Below the pieces are notes generated by a model. That model was given only the letters and a program-made list of their open reading frames with translations, searched no databases and was not told the origin of the DNA. The position numbers were made by a program, and so were the translations under genes. A stretch of 63,456 nucleotides of DNA, filler included, from Reticulomyxa filosa (Eukaryota > Protista > Foraminifera), in NCBI GenBank assembly GCA_000512085.1. It is 15 parts of 15 records of this genome, joined end to end, with 100 filler letters (N's around TTAATTAATTAA, not from the genome) between each part and the next. Parts side by side here need not be neighbours in the genome. Positions count along the whole stretch, not along the records: positions 55,883 to 57,661 come from ASPP01017007.1; positions 57,762 to 61,218 come from ASPP01017202.1; positions 61,319 to 62,349 come from ASPP01019784.1; positions 62,450 to 63,456 come from ASPP01048079.1; 11 more parts are not named here. The stretch is one strand, 5' to 3'. Every line of letters starts with the position of its first letter. Positions within the stretch are counted from its first letter, which is position 1. Positions 55,922-63,456 of this stretch are shown here, one piece after another.

Positions 55922-57907
55922 TTAAATTTTAGTAATTTAGTGAAAAAATATAATATTGCATTAAATGAACTTAATGATTAGCAATTAAATTAAAAACAAG
56001 ATCAAAACAAAAAAGAATGAAAACAGATTGTTTATACTTTGTGTTTCAAAATTACGAACGAGTGGAATTGTATTAATCGTTTCGGGTACAAAACACCTCT
56101 GATTTTACATGCAAAAAAAAAAAGGAATTTGTGCGTTTTTCAAACATAAAGTTTATTCAATGCAATCAGCATTTATGTGAGTACAAAGAAGGTGATCGCC
56201 AAAAAATATTTTTATATAGGATATCTTTCGACATTTTTTTTGAATAAACCAAGCAATGACTATACCGATATTCGCTGTTTATGTGTGAAAGAATTTTGCT
56301 TATTTGCCTTACTGTGGCAAAGACTATGAGGTTCAATATTCAAATTGTCCATTTGAAAACCTCAAATATATCATATTACCGATATCCAAAGCAATGACGT
56401 GTTTTATCACTATTCAAAACTCACTGTTGCTAATAATGACATCAAATTCTTTTTCCACAAACACTTTTATCATTCACTAGGCTGCACCTCACTAGTCAGT
56501 GTTATCATCACTCAATGGACACGCCTTTATTATACGCTTTTATAAAAAAATTTAAACAAAAGTAAATATATAATTAAGTACCAACAAACTCGTATTTCTT
56601 CATTATTTAATCTACAACTAGAATTACAATAGTTTTTTTCTGCGAATGTCAATAATTTAATACAATTATCTTTTTTATTTCATAAATCATTTTATTTATT
56701 TTTATATCCACTTGATTTTTTTTTAATTCAATCTTATGTATTATCAATTAGATCTTTTTTTTTGTAGTAGCCCTTGTTTTAATTCAAGCATTAAGTTGAC
56801 AACATGTCAATGAAGTTGTGAGCCGCAATGCTACAACAGCAATGGAGACAAAGCAAAATCTTTGTCGAAAATTTTTTTTTACCTTTCCGAGGAAGGGCAA
56901 AATGTAATGTTTCAAAGTAGAAGGATTTTGCAACATTGTAATATTTTCAAATAAAACAATATATAAGATGATATTGATTAAAAAACACTAAAATCAATAA
57001 ATAAGCAAGCTTTCATCATCTTTTGTGGATTGCATTGTATTTGAATTGTAATTTAAATATAAGTGGAACAATTCCTGAAAGGACAAAAACTATTCTTAAA
57101 GCAAAAGGAGATACTACAAAATGATAAAAAGTTTTAAAAAATTTTTCAACTTCCGCAAAAATTTTCAATTTTCGAAATTTTAAGTTTAAGCTATAAGTTT
57201 AAATTTTTTATTTAGCTTATATTTTGTGCATTATTTTATGATATATGTTAATATTTATCTTATGTATTGTTGATATTTGTTTATAATAAAATTACTAATT
57301 TTTTCATTCAAGTTATCTTTTGCAATATGACTAAATACTAATCAATTTGTATATGTTTGAAACGTGATTTTAGTCTTAATTCGTTTTTATCAAGTATTAT
57401 TACTTGTGTAATTTAATAACTAATCTGATGAAACTTATCTTACTGTATCCTTAAAACTTTAGATAGTTTTTTTTAATAATCATAAATGATTCTGAAATTG
57501 TTTGAATGTATTGAATGTTCACCTTTCTATCTAAAATGATATTTTGTAAGTTATTTGTTTTTCTTCATAAAAAATCTTTTTAAAATAACATACAATAGAT
57601 TGCAAAGAAAACTGAACGCGATATCTTATGATGATAATTGATTTTCTCCATGAAAAATCAANNNNNNNNNNNNNNNNNNNNNNNNNNNNNNNNNNNNNNN
57701 NNNNNTTAATTAATTAANNNNNNNNNNNNNNNNNNNNNNNNNNNNNNNNNNNNNNNNNNNNCACACACACACACACAACACACCCAAAACACATTGAATC
57801 ACCGCACTCCACATTTCAGTGTTTATCAGTCCCGAAATCAGAGCTCAAAAAAAAAAAACACAGTTTTTATGTATGTAGCTATTTGTTAATGCAATGTTAA
57901 GCGAAAC

Positions 57908-59750
57908 AGTCTGAATCATTGTCGTTTGTGGAACGATGTGCAGTTCTGCGAATGGACTCGGCCAATCCTTTGCTCATTAGTGATATCACCTCAATGCGCA
58001 ATGCATTCGATAAGTTTTGTTGTTGACGACGTTTTGGAGCGACTCTTTAAAAAAAAAAAAAAATTTGACAAATGAGCACAAGAAGAGCAAGAACAAGAGC
58101 AAGATGCAAAGAACAAAACTTGTCGGGCAATTTGGGAGCGGAAAGGGTGTTGGGAAGATATTTGTGGCTTATAGCAGCCCAAGCGACAATGATCTTGTTA
58201 AGATTACAAATGTCAAAAGACTCAGGATCTAAGAGTCTCCAAGCAATTGCATCGATTACGGCTTGGATTGTCACATACGCGAGCAACAGGTAGGAAGGCC
58301 ACGAGGCATTAGCTCCGGCACCGTTCCGCACGGAGTTTGCATACACCACGGGTCCCCAACACAGTAGTCCCACTACATAGCATGCGGTGAATGACGTCAC
58401 TATTACAAATTGCTTACGAATAACCTCCCTTTTTATATAACATATAAATGTGCATATGATTTAATTTTATTTATACTTTTTTTTTTTTTTAAAAAAAATT
58501 AAAAAAGAATCTACTTACTTTATTTTTATTATTATTAATTTTTTTTTTTTTTTTTTTTTTTACAAACCAACGTAATTCCCATGTAGCGTCCAAAATACGC
58601 TGTTTGAGACGTTGATAAGCCCAGCCCGTTGCACCAATTCCCATGAGAACGGTACCTAATGTTGGGATATATAGCAGATATAAGTAGTAGTAGTTGAAGT
58701 GCTTGCGCGTGTTTTTAATATAGCATATCTATCCGTCGTATCAAAATCAAAGCCTTTTAATCAAATGTAGTTACCTCTTAAAAAAAAAAAAAAGGGAGAC
58801 AGAGAAGACATAAAATAAAACAAAACAAAAAAATAAAAATAAAAATTAACTTCAACATCTTCACGAAATTGAAAAGCATTAATAAGCTCACTAAAAATGG
58901 CCAAGGCCAAAACAACGAGGATCGAGATGACATGGATTTGATAGGAATCACTTGCAGGTTTGCGAAAGGGATTGCTCAATGTCAGCCAAATGTCCCAGCA
59001 AATGCCAACAAAATAGGCCTCACTCAGCAAAAAAAAAAAAGTGAATAATGCAGCCAACCAATGGCACCACACAGCGGCTGGGCTATCACTGCTCACCACT
59101 TCTATCATTATGAAACATAGCAAACCAAATAATAAATCCACCACTGTCCGAGACAGCACCAACCGTGCTGGTACTTTGCGCTTTTCCTTACATTTTTTTT
59201 TTTTTTTTTTAAAAATTATTGTTATTGTTATCGTTTGTTTTATTATTATTCTCCTCTCTCCCCCCCTCCTCCTCCTCCTCTTCTTACTAACTTCAAAACG
59301 AACAAAGTCTTGAATCACGTAACCGCAACTGCAGATTGTAATAACTAAGCACAGAGTAGTGTAATATATATGCGTGACAATTCGCAAATTATTCAAACGA
59401 AATAGAAAATAAGAGTTGGTAAGAGAGGGGAAGGAGGCAAACAATCCCGTTGAGATAATATTATAGAGTGAAATTTTGTCCAAGAAATTTTTTTCCACTT
59501 TTTTGGTCACATCTTTCTGCTACATACGTGCAGTAACTATTGCATCTATTTTTTTTTTTTTTGTGTGTTTGTTTTCCCACAACACTTGGCTTGCATCGTT
59601 TTTACTAAGGCTATTTTATTCCTGTTTTGCCGTACAAAACAAAAGAGGTTACTGACAATAACGCACGGCTTCCTCTGCGTGTTGAGACGACGAAGATGTT
59701 GTGGTAAGAGATGACGAATTATTTTCGAGTAGGCTAATATCATAATCCAT
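57908..59750 (-). CDS. cAMP-receptor-like 7TM GPCR with LRxGI-type linker (probable GPCR-PIPK); 3' truncated
   Basis: N-terminus MDYDISLLENNSS; TMs including WCHWLAALFTFFFLLSEAYF..IWLTLSNPF and extracellular ICYI; after TM7, NLSNALRIEVISLMSKGLAESI. Confidence 0.8.
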
Positions 59751-60262
59751 CTTTATTATTGTTTGATTTTTTTTTACGAAAGGTTCAGTGAACGGAAAAT
59801 TCTCACAACTTTTGGTTTTTGGAGTCTGATGTATCTGCTTGTGAGGATTTATTGGCAGTATTTCGCTCGTAACACTTAAGTTGAAGTTATTGCTAAGATT
59901 TAAAATTTCACCGAAAAACACTGATATACTGACTCTTAAAAATTGATTAGTAAAAATCAAACATTAAAACTTGTATTGACAAAGAACAAGGCTGTCTAAA
60001 GGGAATGAGAGCAGAATACCCCATGGTTGAGTTGTGTAAAGTCCACATTTTGTGAAAATAACAGTTTGAATGGTTTAAAAAAGATGTAATTGTACACAGA
60101 CAAAAACTAACCCACAACAAAAATACGGTAAGACAAACAAATCGCGCAAAAAAAAAAAACAAAAAACCAAAAAAAAAAAATCGTGAAAAATTCAAAATTG
60201 TTGCCCATTGATAAAGCAAAGGGGAAGGGAAAAAAAAAAAAAGAAAAACAGGATCTAGTAAT

Positions 60263-61069
60263 TTAGACCAAGCCCGACCTCTTTAGGTTGGCTCTAATGA
60301 CAATACTTTGGACATCCCAAAAAACTTTTTGAATGTTGTTGGCATCGGTGGCATTAGTGACGTGTACAAAAATAGTGCTACGGTGATTTTGGTTACGAGT
60401 AACGTATTGTCTGTGAATAAACGTCAAGCTTTCTGTATATACGTATTCAAACCATGTTTCTTCATTACCGTCTTTTAAATCCACTCGCACGGGTTCAGAT
60501 CCTTTGCCAGTGGTTTTCATATAATAATCGGGCCGCATTTCCACTGGATCAGTATAATTCGGACCTTTTTGTTAACCCCACCCCAAAAAAAAAAAAGTGG
60601 TGGACAAGTTCATGCAATTTGGGGATACCCCAAAAAAAAAAGATTCGTTTCTTATTTTTTTTTTTTGTTTTTTTCTTGCTCTTCTTACTGTATTGTATTG
60701 TATTGTGTTTTTACCTTCGTAGACTTCACCATCATACTCCCAATCTTTTCTGTTGAAACAAATTGACAACGATTTTCCTTCTTTCAAACGTATTCGGAAT
60801 AAGTCATCTTTGGCATGTGATGAGACAATCCAAAGTTGTTTGGCGTGTTGTATATTTTTTGGTCGATTTTGCCATTTTTCGCCAAAAGCAAGCGAGCAAG
60901 CGAGCAAGCAAACAAACAAACAAGTAAAAGTGTATGCAGCCCAATATGACACATTACATATACACATACCGCCATTCAAAGAATAAAATCATTTCAGTAG
61001 TTCGGAAATGCTTATGTGCGCATACTTCTTCAAACAGATTTAATGATTCATGCATTGCGTTGACTCGTT
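60263..61069 (-). CDS. Heterotrimeric G-protein alpha subunit, C-terminal half
   Basis: NAMHESLNLFEEV...MILF, DDLF, IFVHVTNATDANNIQKVFWDVQSIVIRANLKRSGLV*. Confidence 0.93.
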
Positions 61070-61699
61070 CTTTGTTCAAATTCATATACAAGTGCAAGGC
61101 AACGTTTGCAAAAGTTGTGTTGTTTTTTGTTGTTGTTTTTTTCCCCCTCCTCCCCCCCCTCCCCCTCTCCTCTTCTTCTTCCTTCCTCCTTCCACTTGCT
61201 CTTGCTCTCTCTCTCTCTNNNNNNNNNNNNNNNNNNNNNNNNNNNNNNNNNNNNNNNNNNNNTTAATTAATTAANNNNNNNNNNNNNNNNNNNNNNNNNN
61301 NNNNNNNNNNNNNNNNNNTCTCTGTCGAATGGATGCTTTGACACAGATCATATTTCTTGAATGTCGGCATATTACTCGTCTTGATCAAAGAAATGAGCAC
61401 GTTTCTTGAGCTATAAATCAAAGTTGGAGTTTGTCTTTTTATTAATGTCGTAATCAGTATCTTTATCTTTTTGAACCAGTTCAAATACTGCACCTTCAAT
61501 GTCGATTTCATCAAAGACTCATTGATTGTTCACCTGACGATACGGAGCTCGAAGATGATTGTGGATATCCTCTTTGTGATTATAGTCAACAAATCTAATT
61601 TGATATGCAATCCAAATTACAAAGTCGACTTTTCCATTTTGAAACCAACATTGTTTGATGGATTTGCTTTAATGACAATAGCTGTGATCACACACACAC

Positions 61700-62309
61700 A
61701 CACACACACACTATGTCGACTCCTTTGTAAACTCCAGGAGGGCGTGTCGCAACTTCAAAACTCGGTTTTCACATTCTGAATATCATCGTTTCAAATATTG
61801 GAGGCTCGGATTATGGTTGTGGCGACGTTTTGCTTCTTCTTTCACAAATAATCCTCGCTTTGGCCGCTTGTAGAGTGGCGTATCCTTTGTACTCCATCGT
61901 GCCGCTACACACATATCTGTCGCAAAATGTGTGATACCGATGAAACGCCATGCCATTGGTCAATTCCACAGTTTCACCAACTTCAAGATGTTAGTTGTCA
62001 TTTTCTTTGTTCTATCCATTTTGGACTCTTTCGAGCTGTGCTGCTGTCTTGATCGAACTTCGGGCAGCGCATTGGCTACAATGCTGAAGTGTGAGCGAGT
62101 TATACTATGTTCGTGCATCACACTGAAGCGTCTTGTTCGTTCCATCCCAGCGTTTATTGATTCTCCGATCCACATGCCATAACATATATTTTATATGCCC
62201 ATGATGTCCAAAGTTCAATTTCACTCGGCCTCTTACATTGTATTTAAACGTCGTCTTTGTCAATTAACCATTTGGCCACACTTTCCGCGCAAATATACCA
62301 CCATCCATG

Positions 62310-62310
<1 letters not shown>
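61700..62310 (-). pseudogene. CAP-Gly domain pseudogene
   Basis: LEVGETVELTNG, RFIGITHFATD, RHDG and KRGLFVKE in the correct order but in shifting frames, with stops nearby. Confidence 0.7.
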
Positions 62311-62349
<39 letters not shown>

Positions 62350-62449
62350 NNNNNNNNNNNNNNNNNNNNNNNNNNNNNNNNNNNNNNNNNNNNTTAATTA
62401 ATTAANNNNNNNNNNNNNNNNNNNNNNNNNNNNNNNNNNNNNNNNNNNN

Positions 62450-63456
62450 ATCTTCATCTTCAAAGTTATAAAGATCCCATGAATATTGTTTCATAAGTAA
62501 TCTCCACTCATCCGCATGGAGATGTTTATTTTTTCTCAAATTCACTGACAGCAGCGACAAGGTGTGCTCCATTTTTTTTTCCATTAATTTCAAGTCTTCA
62601 TCTAAACTCGTCTTTTGCATGTGAATTTGAACGGAATCTGTAATTGCAAGCTGATTAAATAACACCATTGGTGGATCTGCTTTTTTCCACAATTGTACCA
62701 AAAGAAATTCTTTTTTTCCTTCAGCTTCTTCAATATCTTTGGATTTTTCGTCTTCATCCACTTCGCCACCATTACGTCCTTCGTAAGTGTCACAAGCAAT
62801 ATGAGCAGCGAATTTCACAAGAGATGTAGCGATCATTACATGTAAAGGGATAAAATGTTTTTTATCACCCGGTGCATATTGACGTTTGATGTACAAAAAT
62901 TGGTTTAATTGAATCAATTGTTTGTATAAAAACTGCAAAAACGATTTCAATTGCACCAAACTCTCTTTGGCTAAACATTGCAAACAACATTATAGTAGTA
63001 ATAGTTAAAGTTGGACAAAAATTGCAGTTTATGTGTATGTACATGAACATATTAAAAGATCGAGTACCTGCCGATGCATATTTGGAAATCAATTCCATCA
63101 TTCTTGCTTTGTTAATATTTGGATGCTTCGTGTAATCCCAGTCATTTAGAATTTCGCTTTGATCGAAGTACGCTAAGAAGAATACTCTCTTTGAGGTAAT
63201 ATCCTGAGGTTTTAACAAATCTGTATCCAGTGCATCCAGGTACTTTAATACGAACATTTCTTTTGGAGAAATATGAAATTTATTGATTTCAAATTTGTCA
63301 AATCTAGGCTTGATAATCCTCATTTCATCAATGATTTCAAGAAAAGGAATTGACAAATCCTTGATACGATCTCCAAAAAAATAAAACCAATCAAACACAT
63401 TCGTTAACGATGTGTTTTTATGTGTGTTCGACAATTCCGTTGGTAATTCTACTAAA
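62450..63456 (-). CDS. Internal fragment of a very large protein, RNF213/mysterin-like AAA region
   Basis: Two long exons; SLVQLKSFLQFLYKQL and QLWKKADPPMVLFNQ resemble recalled RNF213 segments (SWSELRNF..FLN.QL; RWESEPHPYVFFN). Confidence 0.5.

Overview
This is eukaryotic, very AT-rich, intron-rich genomic DNA, and it is not one contiguous locus. It is 15 contig pieces joined by 14 artificial 100-nt linkers (N44-TTAATTAATTAA-N44), so neighbourhood only means something within a piece. The base composition, homopolymer-associated frame slips and a lineage-typical WD40 family ('QIIIRYWIR..GWINNFDKIVIKYV') suggest a foraminiferan such as Reticulomyxa filosa; this is inference from recall, not a search. 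Enzymes recognised: a bacterial-type uridine/nucleoside kinase, an M1 aminopeptidase, a low-MW thioredoxin reductase, a GNAT, a small SET protein, bifunctional LKR/SDH (AASS) and a HAD-like protein. Trafficking and lipid genes: VPS13-like, SMCR8-like DENN, Exo70, Arf/Arl GTPase and PI4K-beta. Signalling genes: a 7TM-RGS, a second RGS, a GPCR carrying the GPCR-PIPK LRxGI linker, a G-alpha and a MAP2K-like kinase. Also present: DNAAF1/ODA7, EF-hand and MYND proteins, two Cys-rich surface proteins, an RNF213-like fragment, a decayed LINE reverse transcriptase and several pseudogenes. Three leads stand out. (1) Many introns end in oligo(A)-AG instead of a polypyrimidine tract, start GTT followed by U-runs, and contain U/A or purine-pyrimidine hairpins, suggesting structure-assisted splicing. 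(2) A candidate (CTTAGGG)n telomere sits at a contig end. (3) There is an unusual G-protein toolkit. All family calls rest on motif recognition by eye.
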